From an uncultured virus (IMG/VR IMGVR_UViG_3300042350_005891) (lineage: Duplodnaviria; Heunggongvirae; Uroviricota; Caudoviricetes), in the IMG/VR virus record IMGVR_UViG_3300042350_005891: a DNA stretch of 20,000 nt. One strand, written 5' to 3'. The first letter of the stretch is position 1; every line of letters starts with the position of its first letter. Below the pieces are notes generated by a model. It had not been told where the DNA came from. It ran no database searches and worked only from the letters and a program-made list of their open reading frames with translations. Of the stretch, positions 1 through 7,041 are shown one piece after another. The position numbers and the translations under genes are program-made.

Positions 1-258
1 GTCAAGGCTGGGTCTGCCGGAAAAGTTCTTCGCGGGCTTGGTAAGGTTGCCGGCCCTGTGGGTGCGGCTTTGACTGCCGTCGACATGGGCGGGGCTCTTT
101 CCGAACTCCGCAAGCTCGGTGCTGAAAAGATTGCCGAAGAAAATGAAGTTAAGGAGATGCAGGCACCTGTTTCACAACTGCGAAAATACACTCCGGAAGA
201 GCGGCTTCGCGTCAAAGAGATGCTTAAAAAACTGAGGTCCGAAGCCAAACTGCGTTAA
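1..258 (+). CDS. C-terminal part of an Ala/Gly/Lys-rich protein, probably an internal virion/ejection-type protein (5' truncated)
   Basis: Frame is open from base 1 (VKAGSAGKVLRGLGKVAGPVGAALTAVD...) to TAA 256-258; composition resembles phage internal virion proteins (inference). Confidence 0.6.
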   Translation, partial: VKAGSAGKVLRGLGKVAGPVGAALTAVDMGGALSELRKLGAEKIAEENEVKEMQAPVSQLRKYTPEERLRVKEMLKKLRSEAKLR

Positions 259-263
259 GCTGT

Positions 264-1331
264 ATGGCCGTTTCCTCGGATTACCAGCGCAGGTTACAGG
301 CCCTCCGGTCCAGCAGTGGGCCGTCGTTGTCCGTTGAACAGGCCAATGCGATGCGGGCCCAGGCCGAGCTTGAGGCCATGACCCCGGAGCAGAGACGCGC
401 ACGCTACTCCCAACAGAACCAACCCCTACCGGTTTACGAGCTTGGAAAAAATATTGCCACCGGCGAAACGGTTATGACAAATCAGCCGGCCCAGACGATG
501 GCCGAGCGGGACAAGCGATTGGCTCAATTCACCAAATCCAATCCGGTGCAGGGAGCCAAGTTGCGTGGCGATATCAAACCTTATAAGGGAATGGGAACGG
601 AAAATTTTGAGATGGCGCAAATGGCTGACGAGGCCATGTTCAATCAACCCGAAGTTCCGGAAGCCCCGGCGGGTTCGCAGATGCCTCCGGCCAGAAAAGA
701 AAATATAAGCGTGCCGCAACTGCTGACCGACATGCGGTATTTCGTAAGCCCCCAGTTCAAAATGCCTACCACTCCCGAAGCCGGCACAGCGATGACGGCT
801 CCGGAATCAACGGAACCACCCGCTCCCCTTTCCCAAAGCCTGTCGCCGGAAGCCCAGGCGGTTGTGGCCGTGGGCCAAGCCGCCAAAGCCGCCGGGCCTA
901 CCGCCGGCAAAACCCTGCTCAGAGCAGCCGAGCTTGTTCCTGGGGTCGGTGGCATGCTGACGCGGGCCCGTATGGTTGCCGCCGCGCCGGAGGTTGGGAA
1001 GTTTGTCGCCGGCCCAGGCACACGGGCCGTTCGGGAAATTCAAACACGTGGACAGGAAGCTGCTCCGAAAGTCGCCATGGACCTTGCGCCGATGGCGATC
1101 CGCGCTGGTGTCGCCGGCGCTCGGCTGGCCCCGAAGGTGGGAGCAAAGATCGGATCGGTTGCCCGCGAAGTTGGAACCTATCAGGATTTGGAAAAGCAGA
1201 TCGAGGAAAGAGCCAAGAGGCGCAATCTGATGGGTGAACTTTACCCGTTGGCTCTGGCTGACGAGCGCAGAAAAGCCGCCGCCTTGTTGCGGCAAGGCGA
1301 CAAAATCATAGCTCAGGAGGGTAAGAAATGA
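264..1331 (+). CDS. Hypothetical 355-aa Ala/Pro/Gln-rich protein, probable virion-associated protein
   Basis: Long ORF starting 5 nt after the previous stop; low-complexity helical sequence; late-module context. Confidence 0.7.
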   Translation: MAVSSDYQRRLQALRSSSGPSLSVEQANAMRAQAELEAMTPEQRRARYSQQNQPLPVYELGKNIATGETVMTNQPAQTMAERDKRLAQFTKSNPVQGAKLRGDIKPYKGMGTENFEMAQMADEAMFNQPEVPEAPAGSQMPPARKENISVPQLLTDMRYFVSPQFKMPTTPEAGTAMTAPESTEPPAPLSQSLSPEAQAVVAVGQAAKAAGPTAGKTLLRAAELVPGVGGMLTRARMVAAAPEVGKFVAGPGTRAVREIQTRGQEAAPKVAMDLAPMAIRAGVAGARLAPKVGAKIGSVAREVGTYQDLEKQIEERAKRRNLMGELYPLALADERRKAAALLRQGDKIIAQEGKK

Positions 1332-1468
1332 GAATCCAAAACCTGAATCTAAACCAGAAGAACGCCAAGATGCCCACCGTCCGCACCCCGTCCCTCAAGG
1401 TGACCAAGGAAAAGGGTTACCCCATGAAGGGCAAGGTTTACAACAAAGGCCGCGGCCTGGGTAAATAA
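1328..1468 (+). CDS. Small basic protein, 46 aa (MRIQNLNLNQKNAKMPTVRTPSLKVTKEKGYPMKGKVYNKGRGLGK)
   Basis: Translated manually; ATGA overlap with the stop of 264..1331; not in the ORF track. Confidence 0.6.
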   Translation: MRIQNLNLNQKNAKMPTVRTPSLKVTKEKGYPMKGKVYNKGRGLGK

Positions 1469-1514
1469 CCCCGTTTTGTTAGAGTAGCGTCTGGGTAAGC
1501 CTATGGCTTTAGGC

Positions 1515-1542
1515 TTTACTTCGACCCCCGCTTCTGTAATCT
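1515..1542 (+). promoter_or_regulatory. Putative sigma70-type promoter (TTTACT-16-TAATCT) for a near-leaderless mRNA
   Basis: -35 at 1515-1520, -10 at 1537-1542; ATG at 1550 with no SD. Confidence 0.4.
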
Positions 1543-1549
1543 AAAGCTT

Positions 1550-2821
1550 ATGCCCGATTACTTTCCCGAGATCGACAGACCTCTTTGGTCAGACACGGAA
1601 GTACGCTCGCTACAGAAAATAGTCGGCAGACTTGAGGACTCCATCAGCGGGGATCTATTTGGCCGTACCAAGATTTCCCAGCCCACCACGCTTTTCGATT
1701 CGTCCCACGTTTACCAGGACAACGGGCAGTTTGTCGATTCGGTCAACGGAACAGGAGCCAGCGTAAGTTACTTAGTCAACCAGAGTTCAGCTTCATTGAA
1801 TGTTGGGACTGCTTCGGGTGAGTATGTCTACCGGGAATCCCGGAAGGTCTTCACATACCAGCCCGGGAAAAGCTTGCAGGTTCTGCAAACCTTTGTCTTC
1901 AACCCGCCGAAAGCCAACCTTCGCCAACGGGCGGGGTACTTCTCCAGCGAGAATGGCTTTTATGTAGAGCGGGATGGGACTGATGTTTACCTGGTAAAGC
2001 GGTCTTTCATTGGCGGGTCGGTGTCCAATACCAAAGTTCTTCAGGAGCAGTGGAACCGCGATCCTCTGAACGGGAGCGGCCCGAGCGGACTCACTCTCGA
2101 TATGTCCAAGTCCCAGATTCTTTTTTCGGAATACGAATGGCTCGGGGTGGGGTCGGTGGTGATGGGTTTTGTGATTAACGGGAACCTGATTGCTGTCCAT
2201 CAATTTGACAACGCCAATGTAAACACATCGGTTTATATCACGTCCGCCACCCTGCCGGTTCGGTTTGAAATTGAAAATACCGGGGCCACGGCCAGCTCAA
2301 GCTCACTAAAACAAATCTGTGTATCCGTTATTTCCAATGGAGGTTACGAGAAGAAGTCAGTCCAAAGCATCGCCAGAAGGTCAACGACGGTTGCCGCTAC
2401 AGTGGCCGGAACCATCTATCCCCTGGTGACGATACGATTAGCTTCTGACAGGCTGAACGCGGTTATCCTCCCGTCACAATACCATCTTCAGCCGACCTCT
2501 TCCGGAAGTTATGAGTATTTTCTCATCCGCAATGGAACGCTTACCGGGGCATCCTATAACACGACGGCATTTCCTAATGTGGATTACGACGTGGCGGCTA
2601 CGGCCATCAGCGGTGGAGAGGTGATCGAACAAGGGTATTTCGATGCTTCTGCCCAGTCAGCTGCCCCGGCCATAGTAGTGGCTGACTATAACTTTTCTTA
2701 CCAACTTGGAAGGAATAGTTTTACCGGAGTGAGTGACACGATGACCCTTGCGTTTGCCACGTTCACGTCGACCGGGTCGCCATCCGCAATTGGGGCGATG
2801 GGCTTTTACGATCTTACTTAA
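1550..2821 (+). CDS. Phage virion structural protein (beta-rich family of aquatic phages)
   Basis: Motifs DLFGRTKISQPTTLFDS, YQPGKSLQ, RAGYF..NGFYVE, EWLGVGSV..GF and LPVRFEIEN recalled from cyanophage-type structural proteins; Ser/Thr/Gly-rich. Confidence 0.7.
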   Translation: MPDYFPEIDRPLWSDTEVRSLQKIVGRLEDSISGDLFGRTKISQPTTLFDSSHVYQDNGQFVDSVNGTGASVSYLVNQSSASLNVGTASGEYVYRESRKVFTYQPGKSLQVLQTFVFNPPKANLRQRAGYFSSENGFYVERDGTDVYLVKRSFIGGSVSNTKVLQEQWNRDPLNGSGPSGLTLDMSKSQILFSEYEWLGVGSVVMGFVINGNLIAVHQFDNANVNTSVYITSATLPVRFEIENTGATASSSSLKQICVSVISNGGYEKKSVQSIARRSTTVAATVAGTIYPLVTIRLASDRLNAVILPSQYHLQPTSSGSYEYFLIRNGTLTGASYNTTAFPNVDYDVAATAISGGEVIEQGYFDASAQSAAPAIVVADYNFSYQLGRNSFTGVSDTMTLAFATFTSTGSPSAIGAMGFYDLT

Positions 2822-2921
2822 GCTTGGCCAGCTTCGCCACCTTGATGAGCAGGCCCTGGCTGGGCCGATAGGAATGGTCGATTAAACTTTTTCTCTGCTT
2901 TTTCTTTTTATCCCGGGCCAC
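2814..2921 (-). CDS. Small basic peptide, 35 aa (MARDKKKKQRKSLIDHSYRPSQGLLIKVAKLAKLK)
   Basis: Translated manually; GTG start 2 nt after the stop of 2924..3163; stop overlaps the convergent + gene by 8 nt. Confidence 0.4.
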   Translation of the reverse strand: MARDKKKKQRKSLIDHSYRPSQGLLIKVAKLAKLK

Positions 2922-2923
2922 GG

Positions 2924-3163
2924 TTAGTGGGGCCAGACGGGTTTGTCTGACCAGTCGGTCTTGATATGAAGCTCACCGTCCTCGAACCACACCTCGATCT
3001 CGGGGTGGTATCCCTGAACTAGCTTGTCGTGGAGTTCGTGGAAAGCCTTGCGGGTGACCGTTAGTTCTCCACCCCTGTTGTCAAGCGCAGCCGCGGCCAA
3101 GACCACGCGAAGGAATTGGTCGGACAACTCACCGATTCCGGTGTCAGCAATTTTCTTTCCCAC
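2924..3163 (-). CDS. Hypothetical protein, 79 aa
   Basis: ORF with globular-looking sequence and no better competing ORF. Confidence 0.6.
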   Translation of the reverse strand: MGKKIADTGIGELSDQFLRVVLAAAALDNRGGELTVTRKAFHELHDKLVQGYHPEIEVWFEDGELHIKTDWSDKPVWPH

Positions 3164-3332
3164 ATAATTATGCTGACTTAAGGGATTGCCAAGTCAATAC
3201 AGGGGGGACAAAGTTGGGGATGAGGAATACAAAACGGGATGTTGTGTGGCTTGTGTTCCTTGTTCTCTATGCCATAACCCGTTCATTGTTTCTGCTTGCC
3301 TGTCGCAGAACGTCGGATAGACTAAAAAATCT

Positions 3333-3497
3333 ATGGCGCAAATAGAAAACCCCGAGCCCCCGAGCGCTCTGATTCTTCCCGAAGAGGTGGCAAGCATACT
3401 GCAATTTGCACACGCCTGTTCGAAAGGCATCATCACGCCCGAGGAACTCGGGGTTAAACTAGCCGAGTTTGAAAAGTGGCTCGACTCCACTTACTGA
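3333..3497 (+). CDS. Hypothetical protein, 54 aa (MAQIENPEPPSALILPEEVASILQFAHACSKGIITPEELGVKLAEFEKWLDSTY)
   Basis: Translated manually; preceded by TTGCCT(3296-3301)-16-TAGACT(3318-3323); stop abuts the convergent ORF ending at 3499. Confidence 0.55.
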   Translation: MAQIENPEPPSALILPEEVASILQFAHACSKGIITPEELGVKLAEFEKWLDSTY

Positions 3498-3498
3498 T

Positions 3499-3660
3499 TC
3501 AACGCATCAGTATCTTTTTCTGGATTGCCTCGCAGGATTTGCTGTAGATACCCAAAGAATAGGTATAGCCTACCCAGCAAACCACGATGAGTCCGATGGT
3601 CTGAAGCACGACAAAGATCATGCCGACCATCCCCACGGTTTTACCTTTGGGCTTATCCAT
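3499..3660 (-). CDS. Small membrane protein, 53 aa
   Basis: MDKPKGK followed by the hydrophobic stretch VGMVGMIFVVLQTIGLIVVCWVGY; start overlaps the upstream stop. Confidence 0.55.
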   Translation of the reverse strand: MDKPKGKTVGMVGMIFVVLQTIGLIVVCWVGYTYSLGIYSKSCEAIQKKILMR

Positions 3661-3865
3661 GGACACCTGCCAGACGAAGTGCCTCGTCAGCCCCGGCCTT
3701 GAACACGTTCTGAAGAACGTCGTCCAAGAATCCGGGAGCCAGCTCGAGTTTAAGGTCAGTGACCTGTTCGTTGGCGGCGTCCACCTCTGCGTTGAATGAG
3801 ATCTTGTGGATGCTGTCACCAGCACCCCAGAGGATCTCGCCTTGTACCTTTTGCGTTTTGTTCAT
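3653..3865 (-). CDS. Hypothetical protein, 70 aa
   Basis: Start MNKTQK has an ATGA overlap with the stop at 3862. Confidence 0.6.
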   Translation of the reverse strand: MNKTQKVQGEILWGAGDSIHKISFNAEVDAANEQVTDLKLELAPGFLDDVLQNVFKAGADEALRLAGVHG

Positions 3866-4500
3866 TCTAATACCTCGCTCCAATACCGACTTGTTTTGAA
3901 TCCCTGCAAGTTGTCCCACCAGATGAATCTGGCCGCGGGTGCAGGGATGCCGTGTTTCCGTGACTCCGTCCGCCACTCGTCCTCAAGGGCCAAGTATTCG
4001 GAACGCGTCACGTGCCTGTCTTTCCCATGGATGGACTTCAGAACCCGGCGGTCCAGACATACCACGTCGGACTCACCAAGGTACTTCATCTCCATGTAGA
4101 AACTGGACTTGGCTATCGCCAACCCCGGAACCGTGTCAGCAATCCTGTCACGATACTGCGTAAACGGTTCGTTGGCGTAGCGAACGAACAGATGTGGCTT
4201 GGCCTGAAACATCTGATCGAACTTCCAAATGTTGATCGCCTTCGTTTTCCATAGCCCGGTCTTGGTTTGAAATAACTCAAACTGTAGTTTACCAAGATCA
4301 GACTTCCACTTGCCCCGATCCTCGATGGCGCGGAACGCCTTGACGTTTTGCTTCCAACCAAAGTTCGCAGCCAGGATGGAAAACACCCAGAATCGCCACT
4401 CGTCGTCGCGACTCTTAGGTTTGATTTTTTCCCAGTAGTTGACATAACGCGATACCACGCGGGGTTTGAGCCCGGCGAATACCTCAGCTACCCCACTCAT
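3862..4500 (-). CDS. HhH-GPD superfamily protein resembling Ogg2-type 8-oxoguanine N-glycosylase/DNA lyase (divergent)
   Basis: FSILAANF ~ FCILTANF; RDRIADTVPGLAIAKSSF ~ REFLVKNIKGIGYKEASHF (HhH); VVCLDRRVL ~ VAILDRHIL; TRSEYLALE ~ TRKKYLEIE; start taken at MSGVAE. Confidence 0.7.
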   Translation of the reverse strand: MSGVAEVFAGLKPRVVSRYVNYWEKIKPKSRDDEWRFWVFSILAANFGWKQNVKAFRAIEDRGKWKSDLGKLQFELFQTKTGLWKTKAINIWKFDQMFQAKPHLFVRYANEPFTQYRDRIADTVPGLAIAKSSFYMEMKYLGESDVVCLDRRVLKSIHGKDRHVTRSEYLALEDEWRTESRKHGIPAPAARFIWWDNLQGFKTSRYWSEVLE

Positions 4501-4714
4501 AGAACAGGGGTTTCGTCTCTCCTTCGGGAGACGGATGGAGACGCGACTCTCCACCAAACTTCTCGAGGTCCGCCGTCAGAAGGGCCATGCCCTCCGTGTC
4601 GGATACGTATCCCCGGATACTGTCGTTTTTAATCCCATCTTCAAACGACACCCAAGTGTCGTCCGCGGATAGGAAGGTTTTTGTTTTGGTGTCTACAATA
4701 CAATAACAACTCAT
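4484..4714 (-). CDS. Hypothetical protein, 76 aa
   Basis: ORF coupled on both sides (ATGA at 4711-4714). Confidence 0.6.
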   Translation of the reverse strand: MSCYCIVDTKTKTFLSADDTWVSFEDGIKNDSIRGYVSDTEGMALLTADLEKFGGESRLHPSPEGETKPLFYEWGS

Positions 4715-4929
4715 AGGGTTACTCCTGTCTTATGTTCCTTTACCATTTGGCTGATCGCGATTACGACCTGGCCTTCAATTGCGCTGATGAATTCCCCGCT
4801 CACCCGAGAGGGGACACACTTAAGAGGGGCAAGCCCCATCTCAAGTCTTGTCTTGTTGCGCTCCTTGAAGTTGGCCGATGCCATGTCCAAGGCGGCGCGT
4901 TTAACCGCTGCTTTGTTAATCAAACTCAT
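4711..4929 (-). CDS. Putative histone-fold-like protein, 72 aa, lacking alpha3
   Basis: AAGGAG SD before MSLINKAAVKRAALD; RVSGEFISAIEGQVVIAISQMVKEHKTGVTL matches the prokaryotic histone pattern RVS.DF...L...V...I......KTL. Confidence 0.45.
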   Translation of the reverse strand: MSLINKAAVKRAALDMASANFKERNKTRLEMGLAPLKCVPSRVSGEFISAIEGQVVIAISQMVKEHKTGVTL

Positions 4930-5060
4930 GCTGTGTCTCCTTGAAACCAGATCACTCTGGACAATATATTTTCGTTGTAGGGTCTGGCCCACACGGGCCA
5001 TAACTTGATCCGAACCCCGTCCATTGTTCCGATATAGGCGGACAGGGTAAGGGCAAGCAC
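4926..5060 (-). CDS. Possible small hypothetical protein (about 44 aa)
   Basis: Fills the gap between coupled genes; stop forms ATGA with the next start; start codon uncertain. Confidence 0.3.
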   Translation of the reverse strand: MLALTLSAYIGTMDGVRIKLWPVWARPYNENILSRVIWFQGDTA

Positions 5061-5061
5061 C

Positions 5062-5727
5062 CTAATGCTTCTTGTAATCAATGGCGAATACACTTTTGTC
5101 CCAACACTTTCTACAGTCACCGCACTTGTTTCTTTGCTTCGAAGAAGGGCAGTTGAAGTTGCCGATCATGCTGGCCCCCGACACCGTCAACCCAAGACGC
5201 TGGGCGATACCCACAGGGGCTGGGCCGTCCATCATCAGGGCCGACAGGCGGATGCACAGGTTGTCGGGAACCTCACCACCACCCTCAATGTAGCTGGACA
5301 CAAACGCGTACTCGCGGGTGGGTAGCCAGAAGGAAATGTGGGGCAACATCTTTGCCACGTCCACAATGTTCTTCAGATGCCACACACCTTGAAGATCGCC
5401 GGAATCATGCCAGCGGAAGTGGTGGGTTTTTGTCTTCCCGATTAGGTAAGTTATTGCACTTACCCAAAGCGGATGGGTCAGGGACTTGAAGCGTTTCTCC
5501 ATCGCCTCCACGACGTTGGGGAACACGTAGCGTCCCTTCAGCGCGTAGCAAAACGCGCAGATACTACCCGCCACCTTCCGCATCTTCTGCCCGATAAGGC
5601 AGCGTTTGGCTGGCGTCGAGTATGCGTACCCCGGCATCTTGGAAGGTTTGGAGAGCGTACCGACTATGCTCTCCGCTTCCTTCTTGTTCTTGAACGGCTG
5701 GTCAGCGGGAGTAGATTTTGGATTCAT
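5062..5727 (-). CDS. GP88-family (mycobacteriophage gene product 88-like) radical-SAM-like Fe-S protein
   Basis: LSKPSKMPG, C-x13-C-x2-C-YA.KG.Y, FRWHDSGD, FWLPTRE, NL.IRLS and C-terminal C-x8-C-x2-C-x2-C-W; start taken at MNPKST. Confidence 0.8.
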   Translation of the reverse strand: MNPKSTPADQPFKNKKEAESIVGTLSKPSKMPGYAYSTPAKRCLIGQKMRKVAGSICAFCYALKGRYVFPNVVEAMEKRFKSLTHPLWVSAITYLIGKTKTHHFRWHDSGDLQGVWHLKNIVDVAKMLPHISFWLPTREYAFVSSYIEGGGEVPDNLCIRLSALMMDGPAPVGIAQRLGLTVSGASMIGNFNCPSSKQRNKCGDCRKCWDKSVFAIDYKKH

Positions 5728-5965
5728 GTGCCTTCTGGTCCCAGGGTTTCTTGCCCTCGAACTTCTCCTTCCGCACCATAATCCCAGCGTTGTCGTAGCC
5801 CGTGCACTCGCACCACTCGGGGATAAGAGTCGATGCATCGCGGCCTCGAAGAACCACGCGCTCGATACGTTCCACCTCTTCCTCGTGCCATCCGTATCCG
5901 TAGGGATACTTGGTTCCGGCGATGTCCCGGGCTTGCTTTCCTTTGTATTCAACTTCAGTAATCAT
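5702..5965 (-). CDS. Hypothetical protein, 87 aa
   Basis: AGGAGG SD, ATGA coupling at 5962-5965. Confidence 0.65.
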   Translation of the reverse strand: MITEVEYKGKQARDIAGTKYPYGYGWHEEEVERIERVVLRGRDASTLIPEWCECTGYDNAGIMVRKEKFEGKKPWDQKAHESKIYSR

Positions 5966-6120
5966 TTGATCCTCCTTGCCAATTCCTCGGCAATGTGACG
6001 GGCATACAGGCTACCGGATTCGTCGCCTTTAGCCGGTCGGGTTTCGGTTCTAGCTTGCGGGGTCCGGAGTTCCTCAAGCCGTTGTTTTAATTTGTCTGTG
6101 GTCATGTATTTGATCTTCAT
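5962..6120 (-). CDS. Hypothetical protein, about 52 aa
   Basis: MKIKYMTTDKLKQRLEELR..., coupled to the downstream gene; start could be either Met. Confidence 0.55.
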   Translation of the reverse strand: MKIKYMTTDKLKQRLEELRTPQARTETRPAKGDESGSLYARHIAEELARRIK

Positions 6121-6155
6121 AAAATACGGGGGCGTGGGAGTTGCCCACGCCCCCG
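6121..6155 (-). terminator. Intrinsic terminator-like hairpin after rIIB
   Basis: 12-bp perfect stem CGGGGGCGTGGG/CCCACGCCCCCG with a 5-nt loop, followed by TATTTT on the - strand. Confidence 0.7.
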
Positions 6156-6162
6156 CCTCCAA

Positions 6163-7017
6163 TTAGTTGTTTCCGGGCAGGGCGTTCAAGAGCCGGTTAG
6201 CCGCCTCACGAATGGCGGTCACCAAGCTGTTGTCACCCGTTGATTCGCTCGCCTCGACGTCATCCTCTTCATAGATGTCGTCTTCGACCGAGTCGTACGT
6301 TTCTGCGTACGCTTTGGGCAGCGGGCCAGTGTAGTGGGCCACGACCTCATAGCGGGCAGTGCGAAGCTTCTGGCATTCGCAGTCGTTGGGAACCGAGACG
6401 ACATCGGCAGGGTTGATCTTGACGATCATTACCTTGCGGTCGCTTCCTCCGAACGTGGTTGCGTATTCCAGCGAGCCGGCGTGGAAACCATACGAACAAC
6501 CGTTGTCGGGATTGTCGTCCACGTCGCGCCGTTGGATGCTCAGCACCGAGCCGACCGTGTTGCTGAACTTGCCGGTGTGGTGGTCGGTGTAGTCGGGTTG
6601 AACCGACTTGTAGGCAAGGAAGTGACCGTCCTCGGTGATGGGCAGATGCTCGTGCTCGAGGAACTTGTACAACTGCGTCCGGCTGTTACGGCTCGGATTG
6701 TTGTAAAGATTCTCGAGGAACCTGGTCAGCGGGGCCACCGGAAGATTGTTGGACATGAAGTCCAGAATCCTCTTGGAGATGACCTCATCAACCGGCTCGC
6801 CACGATGGTGGACAGCACCGTCCCGCACCTCGACGTTGTCGCCAAGGTAAGCGGACATGGCCTGTTGGACATCCATCAGCTTCTCGATGTCAGCTTCGTT
6901 GTCCCCGCGGGCGATCGCCTCGATCACCAGTCTCGCGTTGGCGTGGTCACGGCGCAAGGTGTGAGCCTTGCCGCCGATGACTGCCGTTATACTCTCGTCA
7001 GTTACTATGTATTTCAT
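6163..7017 (-). CDS. rIIB: RIIB-like protein
   Basis: NPS....QLY.FL....LPITEDGHFLAYKSV..DY.D.HTG.F.N..G, VDDNP...CSYGFH, VKINPADVVSVP.D....K.R...YEVV; directly downstream of rIIA; AAAGGA SD. Confidence 0.92.
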   Translation of the reverse strand: MKYIVTDESITAVIGGKAHTLRRDHANARLVIEAIARGDNEADIEKLMDVQQAMSAYLGDNVEVRDGAVHHRGEPVDEVISKRILDFMSNNLPVAPLTRFLENLYNNPSRNSRTQLYKFLEHEHLPITEDGHFLAYKSVQPDYTDHHTGKFSNTVGSVLSIQRRDVDDNPDNGCSYGFHAGSLEYATTFGGSDRKVMIVKINPADVVSVPNDCECQKLRTARYEVVAHYTGPLPKAYAETYDSVEDDIYEEDDVEASESTGDNSLVTAIREAANRLLNALPGNN

Positions 7018-7041
7018 ACTATTGTTCCTTTCGTTTTTGGT

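Noticed and set aside
5728..5952. N-terminal extension of the GP88 ORF (296-aa version), and similar extensions of 3862..4557, 15830..16537 and 17698..18480
   Set aside because: Extensions overlap upstream genes in another frame; downstream starts give coupling and begin near family motifs.
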